Positions 27,620 to 40,769 of a stretch of 63,925 nucleotides of DNA are shown here, in pieces. Source of the DNA: Octopus vulgaris. Its lineage: Eukaryota. A program made the position numbers and the translations under genes. Every line of letters starts with the position of its first letter. Positions within the stretch are counted from its first letter, which is position 1. Below the pieces are notes generated by a model. It was given only the letters and a program-made list of their open reading frames with translations. It was not told the origin of the DNA and did no database searches. The DNA is taken from positions 123,504,076 to 123,568,000 of the forward strand of contig OX597820.1 in NCBI GenBank assembly GCA_951406725.2, written 5' to 3'.

Positions 27620-27687
27620 ATAAACCAGCCTACCTGCTCTACATCTTAGAGAGTGCTTCTCCTCCGGATTTATGTATTTCTACAGAC

Positions 27688-27734
<47 letters not shown>

Positions 27735-29518
27735 GTAAATACGTGTATGTGTGTGGGTGTGCCTATCTGTGTGTGTGAGTATACTAATACAATTATTACA
27801 AGTAACCAGAGTGATTGTTTAGAATTGCCAACTGAACCCTAAAAAATTGTTCTCCTGTTGTTTATACTCCAAATGTTTCACGGGTTCCGTACTAAATCCT
27901 TCTTTTGAGCTTCTACCAAAGGTTATGGTTGTTGGTTATCTTGTTCTAGTATATTGACAACATAATCGGTTTCATTTGTTTAGGATTTTTTTCTGAATCG
28001 TAACAGTCTAGACTGTTTATTAAACAAGAAACGGGATTAGTCAGAACATAGTTAATGGGGTTGATCGCTGAGATAATATTTTGCAAGTGAAGACGTCTTT
28101 CGTTCTCAGCATCACAATCACTAAGCATTCTACGGAGCAAGATTAACAGCCATTGCTATGTTTTCTGTGTTAATGCAAGACAGTTGAGATTCAGAAAACT
28201 AGATTTTTCCATTTTTCCTGAAGCATCAGTTTCTCACTATTGCAACATTAGTGTAAACCCTATTCCAAAAAATATCCTTGTGTTGATCCCTTTCTCGTAA
28301 CTCTAGTCTCACATAAGCATCATGAAATCACGTAAGAAAATCTATTATTTCTAGTTTTAACCTTTTACTAACAAGCACAACACGCATATATATCAAAATA
28401 GCTTTGGGCTACTGGCGTAAACTCTAGAATCCATTATTAACAGTGTAAGGTGAATCTTAAGAAAATGACTGACGAATAAAAAATATATATATTATGTTAT
28501 ATGAAGTAGAAATATATGTCATGTGTATGTTCACAATATATACATTAAAAAGCACTTTCTATATTGTTGTCAACTAAAGTGATAAATATTCGGAGAAAGT
28601 ATAGAAAATATCTTAATATAAAGACGTTTTTTTTTCTTTTACTTGATTCGAAAATGTAAGGAATAGCGATAAAGACTGATTCCAGTATGACTTGAATTTG
28701 CAAAAGAACCGGAAAAAAGTTATAACTGTGCGGTGAAACTGCAGTCTAAGTTACCTCCAGGTAGAGTCTAATGTCTATTAGAAAGAACACGACACTGAGA
28801 CGTCTAGGGTATAGTATATCTTGCAAAATTAGGCAGGATAGTCAGTTTGTCAGTGATGTCAACTTAAATATACGAAAATAAATCAAATAAATAACCATTA
28901 CTAATTATTTATAATTATTTTAAATGATACGAGAATATCATAATTATATTTCTACAGGGAGTAAAGACTTTCACTATAAGTAGATTTCAGTAAGTAATTA
29001 ACCATATATTTTTACTTTAAATAATAAAGATATATTCTAAAGGAAATAATACTTTCTTCTCTTCTCTTTCGGGACGTACATAATGAACAAGAAAATTAAA
29101 TAAATGAAGTAAAAATTAGAAATAGCTACAACTGTGTCGCATAATGCTTTCTCATATCAGTTTTATCTCTAAGGTATACAATCATAATGTTATCTTGTAC
29201 AATACACGTTTAAACAAAATGCTAGGTACATCAATTATTTATGTCGAAGGCTAAAATAGAACCTCGTTAGTTCTGAACAAAGCAGCATTACAATAAAGTT
29301 CCATTTTAAATAGTGCCAAAACCCAAAGGATAGGACGAAAATAAATTATTGATTTCTAATGTCAGCAGAAATTTTATGCATTTTTAGAGCGAAAACAGTC
29401 AAATTTGTATACAACCCAGTAATTCATTACTAATTATTTTATGAAACACTGACGGATTCAACGCAAGATATTGAATGTAATAAGTAAAAATGAATGAGGC
29501 ATAGCATTGTATATATCA

Positions 29519-29920
29519 CTAGAAGTATCGCCCGGCGTTGCTCGGGTTTGTAAGGGAAATAACTATATAAGCATTTTTAGAGAGTTATAGCAAAAAAATA
29601 GCAAAAAAATGCATTAAAATGGAAAAAAAAATTATGGTAAATCTTTTTTAAATCATTGACTCATCGTAGACATTTTTAGAGAGTTACTTCCCTTATATAA
29701 TAGCGACAAAATGCATTAAAATGGAAAAAAAAATGATAGTAAATTTTTTTTAAAATTGTAGACTCATCGTAGACGCGCGCTAATACCCAGAAGGGCTCGA
29801 TATGAATCACGACTATAAGATACCCAGTTTTGGTTAAACTGCACCGCAAAATGTGGGAGTAGTTAAGAATCTAAATCGTAGGAGACAGACACCACATAAC
29901 CTCTCTTTTATATATAAAGA
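29519..29920 (-). mobile_element. Complete non-autonomous Helitron
   Basis: Minus strand begins TC and ends with a hairpin (cccgagcaacgccggg) plus CTAG, inserted between A and T. Internal duplication of about 100 bp. Confidence 0.88.
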
Positions 29921-30363
29921 TATGACAGCAGCTGAAAATCACTGCACACGTCATTATAACACACAGGCACGCACTCACACAGACACGCTCACACGCGCGC
30001 ACATACACAAATATATAATTATACATTGATTTATATACACACATACAAACACATAACATATGCCCACTTTTTCTAGCAGGTCATGCAAACACATACAGGC
30101 TCCGTCGTTGGTCTGTCTCAGTAACAATTTATATTATTATTATTATTTAGCCTCAGATAAACGCTGATACAGCAAGCCTATCACCAAAGACATTCCAGCC
30201 TTCAACAAACCGTCTTTTTAGGGATAATCTTGGATATTACATACAATGGGCGTATGATTTAGGTAGGAGGATACTTTGGCTGCTACTTTTTGCGTTTCGA
30301 GTGATCAAGTATAGGCTCTTTCATTGGTTCGATTGCGTGATGCGATTCTTTTACACATATATG

Positions 30364-30442
<79 letters not shown>

Positions 30443-30579
30443 TCAGAAGTTAGAGAGTAAGTCAAAAGCTGAGTTTCGTATATTGACACTTATCAAACAC
30501 GAATTTGGTCAGTCACTCTGTAACTTCTGCCTATTATTAACGTGAGTGTGTATATGTGTATGTATGGATGTATGTTTTA

Positions 30580-30953
30580 TGTCAGGTCACTTTCGAGTGC
30601 TACTGGTAACAGTACAACCTGTTGCATGGTCGGGTCGTCGGCAACTAAACCGGCAACCCCGCCAAGCTTGCTTGGTATGGAAGGTGTTTATTGGAGACCC
30701 TGCGGGATGAAAAACAAAACCCGTCAAAGGGCGGAGGAACTCTTGAGAGTCAACGGCCATCCAATAAGTGTCTTAAGGCTGTATCATACGCGGGGACATA
30801 GAAATAATCGGACTGGAATTCCCGATCGCGCGGTTAAACCATTGGTAGTGAAGAAGTCCTAGCCTTTGTTAGGACATCCTTCTAGGAGAAGGTAACTCAG
30901 GTAACTGGGATAACTCCAAAATAAAACCTGCGGCTGAGTGGTTACCGATGATG
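30580..30953 (+). mobile_element. GC-rich short element resembling an RTE-clade 5' UTR, with a short (GAT)n end
   Basis: Motifs ggcaacccc..ccaag..ttgg, aaagggcggagga and tctaggagaaggtaactc..aaacc resemble RTE 5' UTRs as I remember them; no ORF. Confidence 0.5.
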
Positions 30954-31159
30954 TTGACTTGTTCTTCTTTTCGGATTATGGCTGATGTTGCTTAGTGATT
31001 CGGATTGACTCAATGCACAACCTTTCCTCACTTTAAAAAAAATCTTCTTGCACAGGCATTGCATGATAACAACATTGATTAATCTTCGCGCAATGGTCAT
31101 ACTCAATAACGAGGGTGCAGCCACCCAAAATGTATGTATGTATGTATGTATGTATGTAT

Positions 31160-31338
31160 GTATGTATATATATATATCTGCTGCTGTTTACGAACAACTT
31201 CCGGGTCCATTGACAAAACGGTAAGTCTTCGACAACAAAAAATTAAAATGAAAATCTCCCCTAACAAAACCCTTCTTTAATAACAAGAGATATTTTTATA
31301 CCAACATATATGAGAATGTGACTCTCTATCTATCTATA

Positions 31339-31413
<75 letters not shown>

Positions 31414-33290
31414 GTATCTCTCTAGCTGTCTATATATTTTCCCCATCACAATAAGGAATATTCACCTACCAGAATACTCTAACCTAAGTAACTTCAATCT
31501 CTCGCTTATTCATACATAAATACGTTACTAGGAAAATATTAAAACACTTCACGAAAGCCTCCCTCAACACATTCTTAATATCACAAATGTAAAAACCAAG
31601 CTAGCACAACAAACTCTCTACCACGCTTGTGATAAACCAAAGTTATCACAATAGACTATCTCACGAGATAGAACGTCTTACAAGAAAATTCCTATGGATT
31701 AAGAAGATACACCACGTGGCCCACAATCCGTTGAAAACATCAGCAACAACAACAACAATTACTACTACCATTCTGCACCTTCTAGCAACACAGGTGACAA
31801 TATTCCTTACATCAGCCAACAGAAACAACAAATTAAGAATAATTACTACCACCATCTCGACACCGCCACTAACACCAACAACAATATACACCACATTGAC
31901 CGCCAAAATATAACAGCTTAAAAACTTCAACCACCACCACCACCAACAACAATAACAACACCACCACCACCACCACCAACACGACAGCCAAAGCAATGAC
32001 TGACCAGCCACCGAACTCTACGCGGCCTACTACCACCACCCACAGGGCCCCACCACCACCACCACCTAATTCATCCATACCCGCTGCTGCTGCTGCTAAC
32101 GATAACCTGGGTACAGACCTCACACAGGCAGAGAAACAACTGCTTTGTTACGGACTCAAATTCATTATAACACAACTCAATGACAAATTGAATCTCGAAA
32201 TATAATGACCAACTTCTGTCGGATAGCTTACCAACTAGAATGTATTACGGCCCTTAAACCCCCTCTCTCCCTACCATATCATCTTCACATTCATCGTCAT
32301 CGCTGCCAATATACTCACTGTCGACATCATCGCCGATATTACCCCCACCATCATCTAAATCTTCTACATCTTCCTCATCTCCATCTTTACCGTTTTCACC
32401 AGCGTCATCGTCATCATCTACCCCTTTACCTCCTATTTCCTCCTCCCTTTCAACCGCTCCGACATCTTCCTCATCGTCATCTTCACCATCCTCATCATCA
32501 TCATCGTCATCTCTTTCTTCTTCTACTTCCTCCTTCGCTACATTTAGATTCCCCATCTACCACATCGAAAACCCATTCCACTCTACCCCTCACAACCCTG
32601 AACTCCTTAACGGTGCTTTCTATAAGATTTCTTGACTCTTCTCAAAACTCCTCAAGCCATTACTACACGCATACCCCGGACACGTCAGCAGATCCCACGA
32701 AATCTGCACAAGTCTCAAAGATATCGACCCCCTCCATACTTAAAACTAACAAATACCCTTTTAGTTTAGCCGTAGTTTCCCACAGAAGGAAGCCATCTTT
32801 CCAACTGCTATCTTCACCAAGACCAGACCAGCTTATTCTGTCTCTTTCATGAGCTGTCTCCTTAAGCATTCACAATACTTTTTCCATCGACTTGGCGTAA
32901 CAGCTCTAATCGTTTGTTTTTACTGTTTTGTTCTCATTGTTCTGTTTTTTACTCTTTTTTTTTTACTTTTTTATTGTTTCTACTGTCTTGTTCTTACTGT
33001 CCTCTTCTTGTTACCATTTTTACCCACCGCAAAAAATTCCAAATTTTATTTAATTTGATTTGCGGGAAGGACTGTTTCAACGAAGTTCCGTCTTGTCCTT
33101 ACCTTCGGAACACAGAGTGGATGAAACAGGAAAGACTGAAGAAGGGGAATATTCCTTGTGTTGTATGTCTTGTACTCTGTTCCTTTTTTCGTTTTTTCGT
33201 TGTTTGAAAAAAAAAGTTCGTTTCTATGTTTTTGTTTTTATGTTTTCGTTTCTCATTGTGTTCCATGTTTTTTGATGTCCTGTACCCATA
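31160..33290 (+). mobile_element. Internally deleted, decayed Penelope-like element
   Basis: NLGTDLTQAEKQLLCYGLKF (PLE N-terminal NLS..L...E..LL..GL.F motif) at about 32104-32163. The 3' region 32820-33290 is homologous to 57230-57690. Confidence 0.65.
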
Positions 33291-33859
33291 TATGTATGTA
33301 TATATACACATATATGTAGATATGTACATATATGTATGTACATATGCATATATTTATATATTGTTTATATGCAAGTATACATACATATATACATACGAAC
33401 ATACATACATGCATACATAATACATACATAAATACGTACATACAATAGCTGACTGGTTGAGAATCAACGATTACCTATTTAATATAACTGACCTGCTTTA
33501 CGTTTAAATTATAAATTAAATTCTCTAAAGTGATACCACATATTTCGCTTGTTTATTCTATATTTCTGGTATATATCTACCTGCTCTGCGAGGAACCATT
33601 TCAAGCCATCTTTGGTAGGCAGCCTCAACACCAGCTTGTTTTCAGTTGCACTTCAAACCGGAGTTTTAGTGGTAAACCAGACCGAGCAATTATAGTACAT
33701 ACCTATTACATTACGTCATTAAACGAAAACCCTGTATACATACTCTGCTCTATGCTCTCTTGCTCTGAGCACTTACGATAGGTGGTACGCAACAGAGAAA
33801 AGCAGTTTCGCAGCATCTCACTTAAGTAGAAACGCTTTCCATCTCAAAAAATGCATATA

Positions 33860-34250
33860 TTACTACACAAAATTAATGATTTAACGGGTGTGAGATCGTG
33901 AGCTTTCTCCCATGGCAATAGCTACATATCCAACAAAATTATGCAATTACAACGATAAATTCTATAAAACCCTACTCCATAAATCTCTGCTCGACAAATC
34001 CGAATCGAATATTCTAAGCATGGATAAAAAAGTTAAATTCTGTAAATTTACTAGAGCCAACTTTCTAAAATTATACGACAAATCACGAGATCAGCAAAAA
34101 ATTCACGTCTTCTCTGATAAGACCTGAAATCTATAATCAATTCTTATCGAGGAATACAGGGATTTTATTCAAAAAGATCTAAATGAATCCTACAGAGCCA
34201 CTGGAAAGCCTGTTGTGGATAATATTAACCGAACCACCCAGAGCACCAGA
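33860..34250 (+). pseudogene. PLE (Naiad-like) ORF N-terminal fragment
   Basis: KIHVFSDKT*NL*SILIEEYRDFIQKDLNESYR...VDNINR matches the .v.ADKT.NlY.....Y..ll..ni...Y pattern. Confidence 0.65.
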
Positions 34251-34477
34251 TTTCGAAATATTTAGACAAAAATATGGGAACTAGTTTTAAAATCATTTGA
34301 TATAGCTTTAAAACTGAGCTAATTCGAGGAATTGTAAGATTAAACCTTTTGAATTATGGCATGTCATAGTAAATCCTTAGAAGTATAATATATTTACTCT
34401 GTATTGTGCTACATCAGCCTGAGTTTTTTTAAGGAAAAGATAAGAGGGAAATAGTTTTCAGTGCCTTTAGTTAGGAT

Positions 34478-34666
34478 TTAAAAAAGCAATATTATTTGAG
34501 AAACATATAGCTTTTTCATTTCTCTCTCCAAAGTTTCATATGTCATAAATTTTTCACTTCCTCTTTCGAAGACTGTACTGTCGTCAGGGCAAGCAATGTG
34601 TATAATCAGAAATGATTTTTCTCCTTTTCTACCAACAATAATTAGTGGCATTTTATCCGTGTTCAA
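34478..34666 (-). mobile_element. R4/Dong-like restriction-like endonuclease fragment
   Basis: PLIIVGRKGEKSFLIIHIACPDDSTVFERGSEKFMTYETLEREMKKLY resembles PDIvv.dK....liIDiAcP.D..v..ke.EK..kY..L..El.rLW. Confidence 0.7.
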
Positions 34667-36659
34667 ATATCACCTAGATTGACTTTGCCATTCATCCTTC
34701 CGGAGGCGATGAAACAAACACCAGTTGAGCACCAGGAGCATTATAATCGATTAGCTCCTTCTCCCCAAATGTCAGGCCCTGTGCCTACTTGTTCGTTTTA
34801 TTTTTAAGTAAATATACTCAGGATATCTCGCATATCTTTGTTAACATATCACAATAAAAGCAACAGTATTACTTAAAAAATCCCTTTTTAAAAGCGTAAA
34901 TCAATTGTTTAAGCTCATGTTCTGGATTACTTGTAAATATTTCAATAATCGGTGCTACTAGTATTCACACGTTCAATCTTTCCGTACTATGACTTACAGG
35001 TTACTTGAATTCACCGTTCTTGCGTTCGAACTTCAACTGTGACAAGATATAAACACAGAATATTAAAGAAGACGTAACGTAATGCAGTAAATACATAGTC
35101 TGACAAGTTTCTAATTCCACCACCATCATGATTACTCTTTCAATGAAAGAGAGAAAAAAAAGCATAAATATTATACGTTTCGAACACTCAAAGTACCATC
35201 CATTTCTCTGTTTCGTCTAAAATGATGCGGAAAAGAAACTATGCAAAATTTTGAACGCAAACTATAGAAATATATACAAGCAAGATGAAAAGGAAAAACC
35301 GACAGTAATATTGCTAATAAATTATTTAATTTTCTTTCTTATCTATTTACGATGAATGACAAATGTCATTTATCATCAGACAGCAAGGAATCAGTTTTAA
35401 GTGACATGTTTGAGAACACGAACAGAACAAGAACACAAAGAAAAACTGCAATAATAACGCCGAGGAAACAAAGAACACGCAGAAGAAGAAAAAAAAAACC
35501 CAGAAGGAAATGAAAAAGAAAAGTGAATGTAAAGAAAAATGAGATGAAGGGAAAGACGAAATCAATGACAAAGAACCCAACAAATGAAAGCGAAACCTCT
35601 AAAATACTTAAAAACAAAACAACATATCGTACAGAAATGTAGAAAATAGAACAATATTTCGGAGGCAACACACACATGCACGCACGCACGCACGCACACG
35701 CACACACACACACTAACACAAACACACACGCATACACACGCAAAGGATAAAAAAAAATTGCAGAAGTTACGGAGTTAATGCAAAAATGTAATAATTGAAA
35801 AAGGAAGAAAATAAAACAAACGCTGTATCGATTGATCGCAACCAAATCGAAAATAACTTTCTGATACCGTTTTAACTCACAACGAAATATGACGCATGTG
35901 AATTGGATTAGCAAGTGTTGTACATGGTGTATTTTTTTAAACATTTATTTTTGACTGTAATCTTTGATAATAATTATACATTGTTTATTAATCGTTAATT
36001 AGGATGACTGAAGAGATACTTAGCGAACAGAAAGGAAACGAAATCATGTGAAGTTTTTAGTAAGGAGCCATTTACTAATCAGGTGTTTGTCAGTTAATAA
36101 ATGACGATGACTTAAAGGCAACAAATGTTAAGAGTTTAAGTGCCTATTAAAGCAGATTTTGAATATACTCCTCACAACTTGAAGATTTCCAACTAGTGCA
36201 GGTTTCTATGAAATTGGAGAGTACACAATTGTAAAGATATTGCTTTTATATCTTAAACAATTATGCTCATTGTTAATCGCTTAGTCACGTTACCTCTCAT
36301 TCGTTAACTACAACTAACACAATTACAATTAATAATTTACCGCCTCTGCCTTCATTCCCTGATTAGAATTACTTCTTTATCCCCTCAGCAAATTTCCGGA
36401 TTTACAGTTTTATCATCGCTGTTTGAAGGTCTTTGTTTTTAACATTAAAGCATCACCTGTTGTATGACGGGTTAATGTTGGGAATATACATTTACCACAG
36501 TGGGTAATGTCTTGTGATGTTACATAGATACAGGAATTCTTATCTTTTCACGTGTGTTGGTCAGGTAAAATTGAGTGATTCCTAAAGAAAACTATATGAC
36601 CCTAAAGTTATTTTAGTAATTGAAAGTTGATCATCACCATCATCATCATCATCATCATT

Positions 36660-37485
36660 AACGACAGGCAGATTCCTTAGCATACCGGACAATATGCTTA
36701 GCGGCACGTCGTCAGGTTCTGCGTTGTGAGTTCAAATTCCACCGAGATAGATTTTGCCTTTCATCCTACCGGGGTCGATGAAACAAGTAACATTTGTGTC
36801 CTGGAGATCAATTTATTCGACTTTTCCCTTTACCCCAACTTGCTGGAATTCTGTCAAAAATGAAATGATTATTAAGGCAGTGCGTTGGCTGAATCGTTAG
36901 CATACAGGACAAAACGCTTAGCGGCATTTCGTCCGTCTTTACGTTCAGAGTTCAAACTCTGCCGACGTCAACTTTGCCTTTCATCATTTCGGAGTAAAAA
37001 AATAAGTAACGGTTGAACACTGGGATGGGTTACATCGATTTACTCCTATCTATAAAATTTCTGGCCTTGTGCCAAAAATTGAAACCAATATTATTATTTA
37101 AATGGTGAAGCTGGCGCAGAAGTTACTGCGCCGGACAAAATGTTTAGTGGCATTCCTCCCGACGTAACGTTCTGAGTTCAAATACTGCTAGGGTCGACTT
37201 TATCTTTCATCCTTAAAGGTCGATAAAATAAGTAAGTACCAGTTGATAACTGGCGTCGTTGTAATCGACGTACCCCTCCCACAATATCGCTGGGCTTGTA
37301 TCAAAATTCTGAACACATTATTATTATTGATGTTCAGAGTTCAAATTCAATCGAAGTCATCTTTGCCTTTCATCCTTTCGGAGTGGATCAACTAAATACC
37401 ATTACAGCGCTGAGGCCTATGAAATCGACTATTCTCCTTCCCCCAAATTTTAGGCCTCGTGCTTATAGTAGCAAGAATTATTATT
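36660..37485 (+). mobile_element. Head-to-tail array of 4 Meta-domain-type SINE copies separated by short (ATT)n
   Basis: Units start at about 36660, 36876, 37102 and 37330 (5'-truncated). Each has gagttcaaa and ctttcatcc..gtcga. Confidence 0.85.
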
Positions 37486-38104
37486 ATTTATTATTGTATA
37501 CATATTTATGGCAAATATATAGGAAATTTCTTTCATTTAAATGTATCATAATCTAATAAATATTTTTATATTGAAAATTAATATTCATTTCATTATTTTG
37601 TTACACGCACCAAAAAGTTATAAAAACTGAAATCTTAATTATTGCACCTCTGTAACATAATTTGATACTATTCACACCGGTAAAACATATATTCCCAAAT
37701 TTTCCCATCGTATGAAAAGTAGCAAACTCTCTTATATGTTAACATACAAGGAAAAGTGACTACAGGAGTTTATCTAAGTAGCATTTAAGTTTAAAACAAT
37801 AAGTTATCAAACTGATTCCAGTAAAGGATTCTTTACTAACTTACTGTTTAACATTTTGATGTATTGATATTTTTGTATATTAGTTTAGTGTGAATGAAGA
37901 GGCTACGATGCCCGTAGACTCCACTGTCTCTCTGCGACCGGCGAGTTAAACGTAACCGTAATTCTGGGAGTTGAAAGTTGTCAATTACAGAATACTACAA
38001 GAACGACTTTCTAAGACATACTAAATGAATAGGTAGCAGAGAGTTTGAGGATAGATAATATATAGGTGACAAATGTAAGTGATGCGAGTTCACCCGAATT
38101 ACCA

Positions 38105-38322
38105 ATTTCTTTACTACCCACAAGGGGCTAAACATAGAGAGGACGAACACTCGGATTAAGTCGATTATATCGACCCCAGTGCGTAACTGGCACTTAATTT
38201 ATCGACACCGAAAGGATGAAAGGCAAAGTCGACCTCGGCGGAATTTGAACCCAGAATGTAAACGGTAGACGAAATTCGGCTGCGCATTTCGCCCGGCGTG
38301 CTAACGTTTCTGCCAGCTCGCC
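38105..38322 (-). mobile_element. Young Meta-domain-type tRNA SINE with TSD
   Basis: Reverse complement of 49155-49385; direct repeat ccgaattacc at 38094-38103 and 38321-38330. Confidence 0.9.
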
Positions 38323-39091
38323 GAATTACCGAAGTGGATGTGGCATCAGAAGAGTCATCTCCGAGTTGCAGAGAACTCTGTAGGAGCAATAGAAAAAGTA
38401 GAGTCGGGAAGCAGCATATCTGTATTCCAGAGGTATCAATGTCTTTTAATGCGTTTCTTGAGGTTCTAAATTTCAGTTTTGGCATGAAAGTGCTTTAGCT
38501 GTGTCACAGATTCGGCAACTAGTGGAAGCTTATCGCGTATTCTCCGACTATTTCTTTTCCATTCAGTTATAACAGAATCTATTGTTGCGGAGCTGCTGAG
38601 TCAAATACATTGATATCACTATATAAATAATTGCTTCTAATTTAGGCAAGCTGCCAATAATTTTGAATGAAGGGTGTTCTTTGATTACATCAACCTCAGT
38701 GTTTGATCAATATTTTGTTGCGTTGTCCCGGAGAGAGGAAATGCAAAGAGGATCTTGGTAAAACTGGAACAAAATTATGTTTCTTAGTATATGAACGTCA
38801 TAGGAACGAAAAATAAACTTGACTAGAATCACAAGGTTAGAGGAAAGCTTTTAGAAACTGTACTGAACTTATTCTGACGTTCTGCTGTCTCAACCAATTA
38901 TCACTAACATAGTATAGAGATACAATTGTCTAAGTAATCTTCTTTCCGTAAGGGAATACGTTAGGTTGAAAAAAAATGGACATTTCCAATATGTTTCCAT
39001 ATATAAATATCTACTTTTCACTGCTCATATATTTTGCATTTGTTCAACTGCAGCACACATAGGGAAACCGATTGGCTTGTGTAAGTGCACG

Positions 39092-39185
<94 letters not shown>

Positions 39186-39260
39186 GACATATATATATAT
39201 ATATATATATGTCGAGAGTAAAGGAATTTTGTTAACATCTTCGTTCGACTCAATTCTTTC

Positions 39261-39294
<34 letters not shown>

Positions 39295-39421
39295 CAGCAA
39301 AATTTAGGAACGGCCATAATAGGCCATTCAACCCACTAGAAATAACAGTCAAAGCTTCAACCGCAAAACAATATTAATTCCGTAAACCAGGAGAAAATTT
39401 AAAAAACATTTACCCTGTAAT

Positions 39422-39524
39422 ACTTTATACGATGCATCGTTTCGTCTATTCTTTAATGGTAAATCAACCTGATTAAATTAAATCAAGCTAATCTTCCATA
39501 GGCCGGTAGATTCATCAGTAAAGT
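39422..39524 (-). ncRNA. Type I hammerhead ribozyme with long stem II and palindromic stem III, in a (TA)n-flanked unit (39293-39675)
   Basis: ACUUUA-CUGAUGA-aucua...uagac-GAAA-cgaugcauc-GUA-UAAAGU. Confidence 0.88.
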
Positions 39525-39672
39525 CAGCCAGATCGGGGCAGATATTTACACGAGGCAGCTCCACTACTGTCTCTGCAATATCTGACCTAACATTTTCAAA
39601 TCATCGCACTCGCGCCAAATTTATCGGCAGCAAATATAAGCTGCCGATTCCATTACGGAATTAAACATTACG

Positions 39673-39731
<59 letters not shown>

Positions 39732-39740
39732 TATATATAT

Positions 39741-40525
39741 TTTAAAATAGAAAATTACTCTTTAACAGGTAATTTTTACATGCTAGAAATAGCAGCCAAC
39801 ACGGCCAAAACCACAATTCAATAGCAAAATTCGAAGTAATTGAAAAATAAAAACCTTTACCTTATTATTTAGCAGTTATAGCATAGTTTCGAATTTCTTT
39901 ACAAATAATATTACTTGCCATCCTTTAATAGATAATGTAGCAAGACCATATTATCTCCCAGGCGAATTCTCGTCAGTAACCGGCCTAAACAACTAACTTA
40001 TAATTCAGAGACAAGATCACACGTGTCCCATCATTATATGTTATAATTTTTCAAAATACTGTGCGCAAGCGCATTTACAGTCAGCAATAAATACAATGCC
40101 GAGCTGAATCTTCGAGAATGCTAAGAACATATTCATAAGATAACCGTTAAATAACAGGGTAAAGGTTTTCATTGTTCATTTACTTCGAAATTTGCTATTG
40201 AATTGTGGTTTTGGCCGTGTTGGCTGCTATTTCTAGCACGTAGAAATTACCTGTTAAAGGGTAATTTTCTATTTTAAAATATGAAAATGTTATCTATTGA
40301 CTATTTATACATGCTGGGCGACTGGTGGTGATATTTATAACGAATATTCTCTACCCTATATACAGAATTCTCGAAAAAATAGATTCCAAAATAAAAAAAA
40401 AAAAACGGTGGGAACTTAGTTGCCAACCCAATACTTTCACATCTTACGGACTAGAGGAAATAAAACGTCCCTGTGTTTTTTTTCCCGTTCTGAAAAGAAA
40501 CCTGAAAGTTCTAAATTAAAAAAAA
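39741..40525. mobile_element. PLE-like mini-element with inverted arms of about 125 bp
   Basis: 39741-39866 is inverted at 40153-40281; HHR in the spacer; abuts (TA)n. Confidence 0.75.
39874..39981 (-). ncRNA. Type I hammerhead ribozyme (long stem II)
   Basis: GGUUA-CUGACGA-gaauu...aauuc-GAAA-cuaug-CUA-UAACU; one stem III mismatch. Confidence 0.72.
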
Positions 40526-40769
40526 AAACGGTCGGTGTCCAGCATGTAAAATGTGGTTCTTCATTATTACGGTAATTTAACGTACTTTATTTCCTAATTT
40601 GTGGCACATAATACTTAATATCAGTCAACAATGGATAACGGTAGCTTCCCCTGAATCTGGTGTTTCATTTACATTAAAAAATATGATTAAAGCATTCTGT
40701 ATGCAGTTCTATTTACACTATTTTTCTATTTACAATATGCATGTATGTATGTATGTACGTATGTCAGGG

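Larger units (their letters stand above)
26120..27635. mobile_element. Head-to-head inverted pair of PLE (Naiad-like) 3' fragments, each with a GIY-YIG remnant and an HHR-bearing terminal repeat
   Basis: 26120-26256 is the inverted copy of 27503-27635. Minus-strand GIY-YIG 26414-26761; plus-strand homologue KYVGCIGNSPKQRISNHLSFFRVPERRYVTPLAS at about 27396-27500. Confidence 0.85.

Noticed and set aside
27946-28140. Non-repetitive 64-aa minus-strand ORF
   Set aside because: No motif and no clear splice signals.
32205-32852. 215-aa His/Pro-rich ORF and acidic antisense ORF
   Set aside because: Low-complexity (TCA/TCC)n filler inside a decayed PLE.
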